NCBI RefSeq assembly: GCF_008831285.2
Contig: NC_045138.2
Location: forward strand, 1,736,001-1,800,000
Origin: Nymphaea colorata
Lineage: Eukaryota
Reading direction: 5' to 3'
Length of the DNA stretch: 64,000 bases
How positions within the stretch are numbered: the stretch's first letter is position 1; each line of letters starts with the position of its first letter. The notes under the pieces are model-generated. The model was not told the origin of the DNA. It saw nothing but the letters and a program-made list of their open reading frames with translations, and searched no databases. This document shows positions 39,863-52,800 of this stretch, piece after piece. The position numbers were made by a program, and so were the translations under genes.

Positions 39863-39929
39863 CTTAAAAGAATCATTATCAGTTCTAAAGTTGATACCAG
39901 GTACATACTTCAACCAAACCGGTAATCCT
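39863..39929 (-). pseudogene. BGAL: Captured beta-galactosidase (GH35) exon, 67 nt
   Basis: AG|A GGA TTA CCG GTT TGG...TTT AAG|GTA encodes [22 protein letters not shown], matching plant [26 protein letters not shown]. Confidence 0.85.
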
Positions 39930-41386
39930 CTTTAATATCAAAACAAAGTTAATGCACAAATCATTAAATCCAAATCCAAGCAATGGAAAGTGAACATTCT
40001 AATTTGCAGATAAAATCAAGACTGACCCAAAATTCCATTCAGGACAAACATAAGGACCTATGTCACCGCGGTACATGCCAAAATGAGTTGCGTACCCGTA
40101 CCGGTATGCCGGTATGGCAAAATGGGTACGGTGGTATGGGGTACGCCGAATCTAGATCTGGGTCAGAACCGGATCCAAACACCGTTTAAACAACGAAAAA
40201 GTTTTGGGCAAAAACCCTTCGATGCCCGACTACCTTCTCCTCCTTCCCTCTCGACTTTTCGAAGGTCTTTCAGCGGGTGTTTGGGCAGATGCAGACCGAC
40301 GGCAACCGGCGACGAATGGCAACCTGCAACGGATGGAGAACGGTGACGGACGGTGGGCGAGAGGAAGAAAGAAGGGGACAACAGTGCGAAGGATTCTGCA
40401 GGAGAGGGTTTCTCTTCGTCTCCCCCTAACTCTGCTTTCCTCTTCTCTCCCCCGAACGTCTCCGTCAATGGTAATAGAGATAGAACCCTAACCCGTGCCC
40501 TTCCTTTCCTTTGTTCTCTCCCTTACCGTCAATGTCACCGGTCTAAGGTTTTTCTTTCTGTGTCAGTTAATTGTGCTTATTTTAACTTTGATACAATTAC
40601 CAAGGATGGGAAGAGTTATTTGCATATCCTGCTCATCGATGAGTGATGATATCATTTGTTTTTTCAAAATTTTTATTTTTTTTAATGTCGTTTCAGCTTT
40701 TAACAGAATATCTGCCCTCAAAATAACACTGCAAAGAACAGAAATATAGATGACAACATTATGAACCTATCCACCAAAAAACAAGAAAAGAAAAGAAAAA
40801 GTACCACTAAAAGAGAATCTGGAGTAAAAGAAAACTAATTGTTACTTTCCCAGGAGAGGGCTCATGGCCCTTCCAGAAAACATAAGGTTGGATAACATCT
40901 AAGCTGCGGCTTTTTTATTAGATAAGGCCACATCTACATGCAGGGGCGGAGCCAAGATTTTCTTGAAGGACGGATCAAAAGATTTTCTTCAAGGACGGGT
41001 CAAATGAGAGCTGGGTTTTGTGGGTTGGATTTGAGTAGAGCCAAACTTAACTCACACTAAAAAAATAGATGAAAGCAAAAAAAAAAATCAATTTTTACAC
41101 AATATATATATATATTTTTCATTTGGTTCCGGTGGGGCCATGGACCCATTTTCCTCATTTCCAGATTTTTTTATGAATGTGCCTCAGGAGTGCTCCATGG
41201 GTAGTGAATGGATCCAGAGATGAGAATCCTCTACCCATTGATGATGATTGAGGTGCGATCATAAGAAACAGTGCACAACAACACCTTAGGGAATGTGGCT
41301 AACATCAACAAGAACTATAACATGGTGCATTCTCTCCACATTCTTCCAGCGTTTCTCTCTTATTGGGAAAACAAGAATAACAAGGA

Positions 41387-41530
41387 AAAAAAGGATTTCC
41401 TCTCTTATTTGTCCTTTCAGTGAGCTTGTGAGGGTGAAAGGATTTCCTCTCTTCTTTGTCCTTTCAGTGAGCTTGTGAGGGTGAAAGGATTTCCTCTCTT
41501 CTTTGTCCTTTTAGTGAGCCTGTGAGGATG
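41387..41530. repeat. Three tandem copies of a ~47-bp unit
   Basis: AAAGGATTTCCTCTCTT(A/C)TTTGTCCTTTCAGTGAGCTTGTGAGGGTG repeated three times. Confidence 0.85.
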
Positions 41531-41839
41531 AGGTCACGAGAGTTTAAGAGAGAAAGACAAAGAGAGAGCACATGAAAGAGAGGGGAAATGTTACATACCT
41601 AACACCAATGGCAGTTCGGCAAACATGGATGACAGGATGTCAGTGGGCTGGTGGCTAGATGACGGATGCCGGACGGCGGAGCTGTGGTGTTGGGCGATGA
41701 GGATGGTCGATGGAAGAGAGAGAAGGAGACAACAATGGGGGAAAGAAACAACCAACCACTCAGTGTAAAAACTTTTACCCTAAACCGGTGAACCGGTTTC
41801 GATGACTTGGTTTATCGGTTTTCAATATTTAATCGGTTT

Positions 41840-42026
41840 TATAATAACGATTTGAATCGAGTGTAAACAAGTCAAGTTCCTAAAACTCAAACATGACTTG
41901 TTTATTGTTTCGAGTATCTTTGTAAGTTTGAACTCGACTCGTTTATAATCGAGTCAAGCTCGAGCCGAGATTTTTCAAGCAAGTTCGAACCGAGTACGAG
42001 TTGGCTCGACTCATTGTGCAGCCCTA
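41840..42026. mobile_element. hAT-type MITE end with CTCGAG/TCGAGT repeats
   Basis: Clustered CTCGA/TCGAG motifs ending TTGTGCAGCCCTA. Confidence 0.5.
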
Positions 42027-44439
42027 AAAAACCAGGAAAATTTGTAGCCTTAAAGGACAGAAATAAGTCGATTTTTTAAATTGTTTCATTCAACTAGTTG
42101 TCCTCTACCCTAATCTAAGCCCTTGATCTCTTAAAAATCTTTATTGTGTTATTTTTTATCTACTTACAGAATGTTAATTAATAAAAATGCACACATTGAT
42201 TACATAAGATAGTTTAATTAAATAGTTATAATAGGCCACTTTTTAATTTTTTACTTATTTTTTATTTACTTGTTAAATAGTTGTTTTTTATTAAATTAAT
42301 TAAAAAATGTTGCATTGATTTATTAATCAATAAAATAAATAAAGTCATTGAATAAAACTTGAGTTTAATTCTTAATTCAAAAATTTTGTATTATTTTCAC
42401 ATATTTTTTTCTTATCAATTCTTTTTTTTAAATGTTTATCTAAAACCTATCTTTCATTTCAGAATATGGTTGTTTTGAAGGATACCCATAATCTTTTTCC
42501 TTTATAAATACTTAGTAAAAGTTGGATTGTTGCTTTATACGTGTGATTTCATATAGTTTTGTCGAGTTTTACTCCTAACTCTTTTGGACAAATAATTTTA
42601 TTTTGATCTTTTAGATTTTCATATTTTCTTTTTATGAACAAGTATTTATTACTTAATTTTGACGTGGTTGGTTAAGATGTTTTATTCTTTGCTCATCAAT
42701 TTTCTCAATAAGTTCTTCATACTCATAATTTGTCATAATTGATTTCTATATCTTTAAGTAGTTTAAAGACATGTTATATTATTTTCACATGTATTCTTTG
42801 ACATATTCTTTTTTTTTTAAATATTTATCTAAAAAAACTAATTTATCAACTAAATAAAATTTTTATGAAGTTGCATGTTTGAGCAAATGATATGTTCGAG
42901 TAATTAGAGAAACAGTTTTTCTCAATAAACAAGTTTATTATATGATTTTCACACTTTTTCTATGAGTTTTTTTATATGGTGTGTATATTTTTTCCATAAG
43001 TTATTCATATGACTTTCATATTTTTTTCATACTAACTGTATATATTGAACAATGATTTGTCTATTTTTAAATAATAACATATTCTAATGGAGTAAAGTAT
43101 TATTTCATAAAGATCACTTATTGAGAATTATTAAAGCAAGTGGCCCATATTATTTCTCATTTAAGGAAGACATTATTAAATGATTTTTTTCAATTTTAAT
43201 TGAAACAATTTGTGTTATATCCGTAAAAAAAAGTGCTAAATGATGTCAAACCTTCATTAACTCCACATCATCATTAACTTTTTGAGTTAGTCCTCTTAAC
43301 TTTATTGCAATAGGTGTTTGTTTATATGAAATTGTATTTTTTAATCAAGTCATATATAGATAATTTATTAAATCAAATAATTTGTTGTTTTTCTACTCGT
43401 TAAAGGTTTTTGTTTTTAAACTTATGAATTATGTGCTATATATCAAATACCTAAGACTTTTGGACAAATTGTATGATTATACAAAACAATTATTTGATTG
43501 ATTAAAAAAGTAATTGATGATTTCATAAAAAAAACATTTTTATGAGTTCAACCGTTTTTCCATATTAAACTGTTTTTATGAGTTCAACCGTTTTTCTTAA
43601 TTGAAGTTTTCTTTATTATTTTTCAGTTAAATAAATATATTATCTAAGATATCTTGCTTAGTTGATGTCTTAACTGTAATAGTATGCATGTTTACACAAA
43701 AACATTTAATTAAACATAATATTAATTATTAATTAATTAGTTTTATATGAAAACACTTCTCTCAAATGCGCCACCAAGAAAACACAAAACACTTTTCTCC
43801 TCTCTGCTTACTATGCTTCTTCAGTCCCCCTCCTAACGACATAGATAGAAAAGAGGAGCTGCAGTTTCAAGAATTCCTTTTATTTATTTTGTATGCGGCG
43901 CCCGAATTGATACAAAGTCGCTTCCTCATTGCTTGCAGGCTTGTCATCAGCTTTTTCCGTGGTCCACTTAGTTACCATACTGGTATTCAAATTGAAATAG
44001 TTAAACATTTTAAAATACTTTTAAGTGCTTTTATTGAAAAATAGAAAATAGCCTTATACCAACTTTGATTTGTTGGCTCAAACTTTACATCTGAATTTCT
44101 TGCATAATTATATATATATATATATGCCTGATAAATTTCCTCACCATTGCCTACAGAATTCTTTATGAACATTATCTTCCCATCGTCTCGATAATTTCTT
44201 TGTATCAGAGTCCAGCATATTTGCATAGAGGTTTACTTTATGGGCATTAACTAATTACAGAGTTCTTGACATTTATTATATAATATTCAGGGACCGCAAA
44301 TAATTAGTAGGAGTTCATAATTTTTAATTATTTGCAGACATTAATAACTTTTAAACCATTAATATTTACTGCGTTGGAGGCCAACGGTGGAATATGATTA
44401 CTTCACGATTCAATTTGATCATTAAAAAACACTATGAAT

Positions 44440-44593
44440 TAATTTTGAAGTGCCAACTTGAGAGTAAGCATGGTCCACTTCGGACGTGACGTTTTAGTTA
44501 TTCAAGCTGCACTATAAGTCTTCATATGCAGACCATCGACATTGAAACTGAGGACTCAAGAACAGTAGAGAGAGAGAGAGAGAGAGGGGAAGG
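44440..44593 (+). promoter_or_regulatory. Putative core promoter and 5' leader of copy G (TATA-like CTATAAG at ~44512, GA repeat before ATG)
   Basis: Block CACTTCGGACG...TGCACTATAAGTCTTCA...CAGACC is conserved upstream of all six copies at a plausible distance from the ATG. Function is inferred. Confidence 0.5.
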
Positions 44594-45412
44594 ATGGCTC
44601 CCAACTTAGAGCAGGCCAAAGCACTCAAACATTTCCTTCCTTCGCTGAGCAAGGAGTTGACCGTCCCCGGCGCTTTCATCCGCAACGAAGCGGAGCGGCC
44701 AAAGGTCGCACACGATGCATTTTCTAACGACGTCCCCATCATCTCCTTCGCTGACATCGACTCCGCCGACTCTGCCCGCCGCTCCGCCGTCTTCCGCAAC
44801 ATCGTGGATGCCCTGGAAAACTGGGGCATCTTCCAGGCGATCGACCACGGCGTGAACCCAATGCTGGTCTCCGCCATGGCCGACCTCTCCACTCGCTTCT
44901 TCCAGCTCCCTGCAGAGGAGAAGCTCAGGTTCGAAATGACCGCCGGCAAGCGCGGTGGTTATGTATTCAGCAACCACATGTTCGGCGAGGAGATTGAGAA
45001 CTGGCGCGAGTTCTTCACCTTCTTCTCGTACCCGGTGGAGTCCCGTGACTCTGCCATGTGGCCGGAGCAGCCGAAGGGGTGGCGGGAGGTGGTGGAGGGC
45101 TACTGCGAGGCGAACATGAAGTTGGCGTCGCGAATTCTGGAGGTTCTATCGGAGACCATGGGCTTGGAGAAGGGCGCCTTCAAGGAAGCTTGCCTGCAGA
45201 TGGACCAAATGGTTTTGGTGAACTTCTACCCGAGGTGCCCACAGCCGGAGCTGGCGCTCGGTCTCAGGCGTCACACCGACCCCGGCACCATCACCATCCT
45301 CCTTCAGGACCTCGTCGGCGGCCTGCAAATCACCAGGGATGGCGGCCGGACTTGGCTCACCGTCAAGCCCATCGATGGTGCCTTTGTCATCAACCTTGGA
45401 GAACATGCTCGC
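44594..45412 (+). CDS. F3H: F3H-like 2-oxoglutarate/Fe(II) dioxygenase, copy G, exon 1 (273 codons; joins exon 2 at 46334..46567, 350 aa in total)
   Basis: Open frame MAPNLEQAK...[15 protein letters not shown]...NLGEHAR. GT donor at 45413 (CGC|GTACG). Confidence 0.92.
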
Positions 45413-46333
45413 GTACGAAAACACTCTGACCCCAGGCATCATCACCAACTCAAAACCAACCAAGCTGATCTTAGGGACCTCAAAACTAATCCTGAATCTC
45501 ATTTTAGCATTCTTATTTAAGGATTATGGCGGTTTTTTTAAAATATTTTGAATGTAAATATCTGACAACATAAGCAGGTGGTATGCGGCCGGAAACTGGT
45601 ATGAGTCTCATATGCACCGGCCTTTGTTTTTGCAGATGCATGCATTGTATGACTCGTGAGACAAAGAAATGACATAACCTTATTATGTCATGTTTGTTTC
45701 ATTGCAGAACATACATCCGTGGTGATTAGATCCACAAATTTAAGATCAAACCACTGACATCCAACATTAAATATATGGTTTTTAACACGTAGCCTAGATT
45801 TTAAATCCATGCTAACTATATCTTCAGTTTAAACAAAGTGAAACCGTAGGGTTCTAAGGCAAAGCAACTAAGTCACTCACCGTTTTTCAACGAAAAGGTA
45901 AAACTTTAGGGCGTAGTACAACCGAACAGTGAGTCCACTAATGAAAAAAATGATTTGGGTTTAGAATTCTCATGGCCACTAGTTAAGTTTCATGTGTTGT
46001 TAAATAGTGGGGGACGTTATTTTCAGTTCCTGACAGCAACTGGAAGTTTACATATCATAAGAGAAAGAAAGGACAAAGATGAGGGATTTCGGCCTCTCAC
46101 TCAAGTGGTGGGTTACTTCCACTTATCAACAATTCTAGCTTCACATTATGAGCTTGTGTGCGTAGTTGCCTACACATGCCCACATAAATTTCATATTTAT
46201 AACTTATAATTTAGTTGCTTATATATTGCTTGCCCTTTAAAGATACAATTTAGATTTTAAGGAATTAGTGCTCCTTAAACAGGAATTCCTATTTCTATCA
46301 TTGCTTCACATATATTTATTCTTGGTATACTAG

Positions 46334-46567
46334 TGCTTGAGCAACGGGAGGTTTGCAGCGGTGGAGCACCAAGTGGTGGTGAACTCGAATTCCAGCCGTC
46401 TGTCGATCGGCGCATTCCAGTACCCGGCACAAGATGCCCTTGTCTACCCACTGAAGCTGGCCAAGGGCGAGAAGCCATTGATCGAGAAACCAGTCTCCTT
46501 CAAGGAGATGTACACAAAAAAGATGCAGTGCGATGTGGAAGTTGCCAAGGAACGGGAAAAGCCATGA
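46334..46567 (+). CDS. F3H: F3H-like dioxygenase, copy G, exon 2
   Basis: Acceptor CTAG|TGC at 46332-46333. Encodes [31 protein letters not shown]...EREKP*. Confidence 0.92.
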   Translation, partial: CLSNGRFAAVEHQVVVNSNSSRLSIGAFQYPAQDALVYPLKLAKGEKPLIEKPVSFKEMYTKKMQCDVEVAKEREKP

Positions 46568-49500
46568 ACCAAAGAGCATGGAGGTTGTGTGTGTTGGGAA
46601 GTTTCTTTGGCATTTGCTTAATTTCCTCCGTCAATAACTTTGTGTGTGTTTTGTGTGCATGCACGCATATGCGTGCTTATCTTCACGTCAGTATGTATGT
46701 GTCCTCTTTGATCCGCGAATGCTTAAAAAAAGGACTCGTGTAGTAATAAAGTGACTGCACTTGATAGAGACATCTATGAGAAGATTCTTGCCGGTTTTAT
46801 TGATCTCCTGATATGAGATCAACCCCTTGACAGGCCTAGGCATGTATGTGGTGCTAGGGTTATGTTCCTCGACCGTAAAGGGAATGAGTTTTATATGCCA
46901 GTTGAAGAACATGGAGATCTTGATGCCTGACATTGACATCGATACAACTTTAGACTCTATGGTAGAGGGCAAAAAAGTGGGCTTTGCTTCACACTTGGGT
47001 GGTGGGATTAATCCTTCTACTCACCCGATCACATCTGAGATCATCCAGTTTAAAAACAAAAATTTTCAAAAAACTATGTAATTCAAAAGAATTAAAAATC
47101 ATAAACATTCAATACATAGTTCAGATTCACACAAATTTCAAAGTCATCAATTTTGATTTTGTTGGGTCTTGTCTAAACAAGGAAAAAAAAAATTATTCAA
47201 CTACTTTTGGACATTCTGCTTCAATTTTTTCGTTGGGTAAATACCTTTCGGAAAAAAGCATTAAAAGTGAGAGCCACATATGCATGTGATCCATTTGCAA
47301 GTGTGTCTTTATCTTTAGGCAGGTAAGACAGTGGGAAAGTGAGTTCCATATGGTGAGAATAAGCCTGCCAGATATTTGTGGTGACTTTTTCTTCTTAATT
47401 AACATAAGAAATGGTTGTTCATAAGAATCAGCCTGAGTCAGTCGATTCAGTTTCAGGGGCGGATTACATAGTGCCATGTGACCATTTAACTACTTTGTTG
47501 AGTGTTTTAGGAAATTTTTTGTTTTAAATGTTTTTACGTAGTTTTCTTTTTATTTTTATTTTTTGAAATGATTTTTCAGTAGTGTTCATTATGCACAACC
47601 GATTGATTCACCTGAGTTGGCCGATTCATGGAAATAATAGATTCACGTTTTGTTTCGTGAACCAATTTTTACAATACTGACTTGAGTAGTAGCTAAACCG
47701 TTCTATGAATATACATCAAACACTGAAACATAGTGTATAACATAGTGTATTATGAATTTGCTGCAATTTTTAAGATATATTCATGAAACAGTTTTGTTAC
47801 TGTTCTTTTTGTCAAATGGTTCTTATGTGATTTCATAAAAGTGCTAGTAAGTTCTTGGGAGTTCAATCTGTATGCAAAAACAATCTTATTGCCACCTCAT
47901 GTAAGCTTTAACATGGGGAGCATTTTTCTTTTCTTGGAGAGCATCTTTCTTTTTGTGTGAAGTTTTTGGTTGATGGAAGACCTAGGAAGGCAAGTGATGC
48001 AAGATTCTAGTAGGAATTTTGACTGCACAGAAATGATATGAGACCTCGCTAAAGACACGAGACTCCATAGATAATGAGCATGAGCTTTTCTAAGGTTTTT
48101 CATTGATGATGGAAATTAACAACATATCTTTATGATTAGAGTTCTCAAGTAGCAAAAAGAAACTGCAACATTAGTCAAGCCAACTGCTGTGACAAGGAAT
48201 GAATGCATGGCAACAGCAACCAATTTTATTGGTAACCACAAATGGAGAAAAAAATGTAGCAGTGGCCCCAAGGGGCGTAGCTCAAATGGATGATCATCGG
48301 GCACATTATGTGGCATTTTTTGTCAGCCCATGGCAGGCTATGTACCTATATCATATGGAGGTGGGTCTTATATACGTAAACATCTCGCTACTTGGTACCA
48401 ACATAGCTTCAGACCTATAGGCAAAGGGAACGAAGGGAGTTCGGCTCTCATGCAGGCAATGGAATTTGTCCTCCTGCTTACCCAAAAAGAATTGCGACAA
48501 TATGTCAAAAGCTAAAAAACAAAAAGAAAATATGCACCATGGGCAAGGATCGGAAATCACAGTGAGCCACTTCCTCGTGAACTTGAATAAAGAAGCCTTG
48601 CTCACTCAAGAATAGATTTGAGAAGCCAAAAAAGAGCAAGAGAGGAATACTACTCGTTTAGCTCATAATGCCTTATTATTAATTAATAAAATCACATACA
48701 TATTTTGACGTATATGTAAACAATCTTGATAGAAATAAAGAAATGCATGAGCAAAATAAATTACAAGAAAATGACACTAAAAAAGTTTAACGCAGGAGTT
48801 TTTTTTAATATCTTTTTGGGGTTTACTTTTAGGGCCGTTTGATGCATTAGAAATATACTGTAGTGTTAGGAAAAAATTTCCTCCCCCATCAAACAAGGGA
48901 CTCAAAATGTGGCCGTTGAAGAAATTTCTGGAATTATTATTCGGGAAATTTCTTTCTACCCTCGGGGGTGGAAAGAAATTTCCAGAGAATAAAAAATGTC
49001 CGTAAGGTTTTCTCTGTCTTGCAAGCTCGGCGAGGTTAGTCACAAGCTGTGCGACCTTTTGGCGCTGCACTGTCCCCTGGTTGAAAGTTGAAACAGCTGA
49101 CTCTTCATAGCAGCTCCTCAGCGAGGTTAGTCACAGGCTGCTTCTCTCTCTCTTTCTCCCTCACTTTTTCCTGTTTGCCATTTTCCTCATCGCAGCCCTA
49201 CTTGTCTTTCTTGCCCTTTTCCCATTGCCATTTATCATTTTCAGCCCAGCAGCAGCCCAACCGTAGGGTCGGTGCAGCCCAGCAGCAGCTTCATATCAAG
49301 GTAAGAGCGTCCTCTTTCTTGCCCTTTTCCAATCGCGTAGATTTATAGGATTTTATTTACTTTTTCTTTGTATCCGAGTCTAGCTCTATTTACCTAGAGG
49401 TTTACTTTATGGGCATTAACTAATTACAGAGTTCTTGACATTTATTATATACTCAGGGCCGGCACACTTAGTAGGCGTCCATAATTTCTAATTATTTGCA

Positions 49501-49856
49501 GACACTAATAACTTTAAAACCATTAATATTTACTGCGTTAAAGGCTAAACGAGGAATATGATTAATTGCGGCCAGACTATTCAATTTGATCATTGGAAAA
49601 CAGTATGAATTAATTACCTTGAGAGTAAGCAGATCTGTCGGTGGATAGTCTTAAGTATCTAAGTGGTTCACTTCGGACGTGTGGTTCACTTCGGACGTTT
49701 TAGTATTCATACTGCACTATAAGTCTTCAGGGGTGCAGACCGTCGACATTGAGACTCAGTAACTGAAGAACAGTAGAGAGTCTTCATGCTTGCAGACCAT
49801 CGCCATTGAAACTCAGGACTGAAGAACAGTAGAGAGAGAGAAAGAGAGAAAGAGAG

Positions 49857-52800
49857 ATGGTTCCCAACTTAGAGAAACCTAAAGCACTGAAGCCTTTCTT
49901 TCCTTCACTGAGCAAGGAGTTGACCGTCCCCAGAGCGCCTTCATCCGCAATCAAGCCGAGCGACCAAAAGTCGTGCACAATGCATTCTCCAATGATGTCC
50001 CCATCATCTCCTTCGCTGACATCGACTCTGCCGACTCTGCCCGCCGCTCCCCCGTCTTCCGCAACATCTTGGATGCCCTGGAAAACTAGGGCATCTTCCA
50101 GGTGATCGACCACGGCGTGGACCCAACGCTGGTCTCCGCCATGGCCGACCTCTCCACTCGTTTCTTCCAGCTCCCTGCCAAGGAGAAGCTCCGGTGCTAG
50201 ATAACCGCTGGCAAGCGCACCGGTTATTCAGTCAGCAACCACTTGTTCAGGAAGGAGATTGAGAACTGGCACGAGTTCTTCACCTTCTTCTCATACATAG
50301 TGGAGTCTCGTGACTCTGCCATGTGGCCAGAGCAGCCGAAGGGGTGGCGAGGGGTGGTGGAGTGCTACTGCAAGGTGAACATGAAGTTGGCATCACGAAT
50401 TCTAGAGATTCTGTCGGAGAGCATGGGCTTGGATAAGGGCGCCTTCAAGGAAGCTTGCCTGCAAATGGACCAAGGTGCCTGCAGCCGGAGCTGGCGCTCG
50501 GTCTCAGGCATCACACCGACCCTGGCACCATCACCATCCTCCATCAGGACCACGTCGGCGGCCTACAGATCACCAGGGACGGCCGCAGCCTGCATATCAC
50601 CAGGGATTGGCGTCAGATATGAACCCGGATTTTGGACCTTCCATTTTGCCCTTCTGCGTCTAGTTTTTCTTGCTTAGAAAGAGACCATAACTTTTTTTAC
50701 CATTAATCCTATGGAAAACAATTTGTTTCTGCTATGTACCCAGATTTTGGGCCTTCTGTTTACCATCGTTCTTTCATGAAATTGTGCTTGTAGGGTAATT
50801 GAATGGTATGCGCTTAGGGACTTTTGAAGTTTCACATTCGGTCGATTATATTTTACTTAATCCGGAGGTCATATGAATGCTGGGAAATATTAAGAAAATA
50901 TCAGATTTAGTTGCAGATGATTACTGATTTTTTTTCTAACTTGTTTGAAAATGTGGTGAATGAAACCATTTGATGTCTTGTTTCAACCTAAAAGATATTA
51001 TTACTGATGAAGCATGTAAAGATGGGTCTTGGGACTAGGTCTAGGTCCAGACCTGATCCAGCTTGTAGCCTTTGTTGGAGAGAGAGTCTGGTGGCTAGTG
51101 GGCACCAGACCTCCTCACCTGTGGTTTTTTCTCCCTCTCGTTGAGGGCCACGTTACATTTGTGTTCTTCTCGCTTTTACTGTTTCTACATTGTATCAGAG
51201 CCGTGACTAGTTTGTGAAAATTTTTGTCGGCCGTGAAGTTTCGGCCCTGACCTTTCCATCGCTCGCTCTTGTTATTCTGCCGCCACCGCTGCCACCACTG
51301 CTGCTGCTACCGCCGCCGCTTCCATTGTTGTTGCCGATTTCGACTGCTCTTGCTACTGGTTTTTGGCTGCAGCCCAGCTCACGCTCGTCGTGCTCCATCG
51401 CCAGTGCAGCCCAGCTCTACCTTCTCTGTCATTACCCTAAGTCCCTGTCGCTCAGCATTTGTCGGCGCCTAGCGTCGTCCATCGCTCAGCGCTCACCGTC
51501 GCCCGCCATTTTGTGCTCTGTTGTTTTTGCCCGAGGCCTCCCTTGCTGTTTGCCGTCGTCTGGTATGTGCCGGTTGCGGTTCTCTTCCTACCTCTTGAGA
51601 TCTGTTAGCTCCCTGCGTCATCACCCATCATCGTCCTTTCTGTTGTTCCCAGTTGCCGTTTGTTGTTCATTCTTTCTGCCTGTTTTTTGGTTATGCTTTT
51701 TTTGCTTTGGTGAACCCGACGTGGTGGCGGATTCTCATATGGGAGAGTGGATTATTGACAGTGGTGCTACCCACCACATGACTAGCGATTCTAAGGTCTT
51801 TCATAGGTATCAGCTTTCGTCATGAAATGAATGGGTGTCTCTTGCCGGTAGTTCCTCTATTTCTGTGGCTGAAAAATGGTGTCTCTCACTTTTGAACAAG
51901 TCTTAGTCCACAATGTTCGACATGTTCCTCATCTTCACTTGAACCTCTTGTCGGTTAGCAAGATTACAAAAGAGTTGAATTATGAACTTATTTTTTCTGC
52001 TAATCGTTGTGTTCTGCAGGACTTGGTGAAAGGGAAGAGGATTGAGATTGGTTTGTTTTCTGAAGGGCTATATTGTTTACCTATGCATGCCGCTACCGCC
52101 CTCATGACAGCTGCCAGCAAAACAACGAATAGTTGAGAGGACTCCCTTCAATCGATTCTGCGTTGGCATGTGGACAACTTCCTTTTGGAATTCTAAGACA
52201 GTTATTTTTTGATTTGTGTTCCATGTTAGATATGACTGGTGTCTTGTGATGTCTGTCACTTGGCCAAACATGTTAGCGCTTCATACCCTGTGTATACTCA
52301 TCGTTCTAACGAGGTGTTTGTCATGATTCACTCTAATGTATGGGAGCCTTCGAGAATTCCTTCTTGTCATGGTTTTCAGTATTTTATCACATTTATAAAT
52401 AGTTGTTCTCGTAGCACCATTGTCTATTTGTTGAAAGATCATAGTGAAGTTCCTACTATCATAGAGACTTTCATTGCTTATGTGGAAACTCAATATGGAG
52501 CATCGCTTAAGACCTTTCGGTCTGACAATGCTCGTGAGTATACGTGTCAGTCTGTTGATAGCTTCTTTCTGAAAAAGGGAATTGTCCATGAAACTTCTTG
52601 TAGTTATACTCCTCCTCAAAATGGAGTTGTTGAACGAAAGAATTGTCAGTTACTGAATATGACTCAGGCACTTCTTTTTCAACATCATATTCCAAAAAAT
52701 AATGTTGTGTTGACCAGTGCGTATCTAATTAACTGTATGCCTAGTCGTGTGTTGAATGGGCAGACGCCTCACTCTATGTTACCAGGGAGTCGTGAACTTT

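Noticed and set aside
39642..39929. A functional beta-galactosidase forming a biosynthetic cluster with the dioxygenases
   Set aside because: Only two exons and part of a third are present; the catalytic IENEY exon and the rest of the gene were not found in the window.
51214..51825. 203-aa Pro/Leu/Ser-rich ORF as a host gene
   Set aside because: Low-complexity leader inside the Copia element; only its last ~25 residues are the protease motif.
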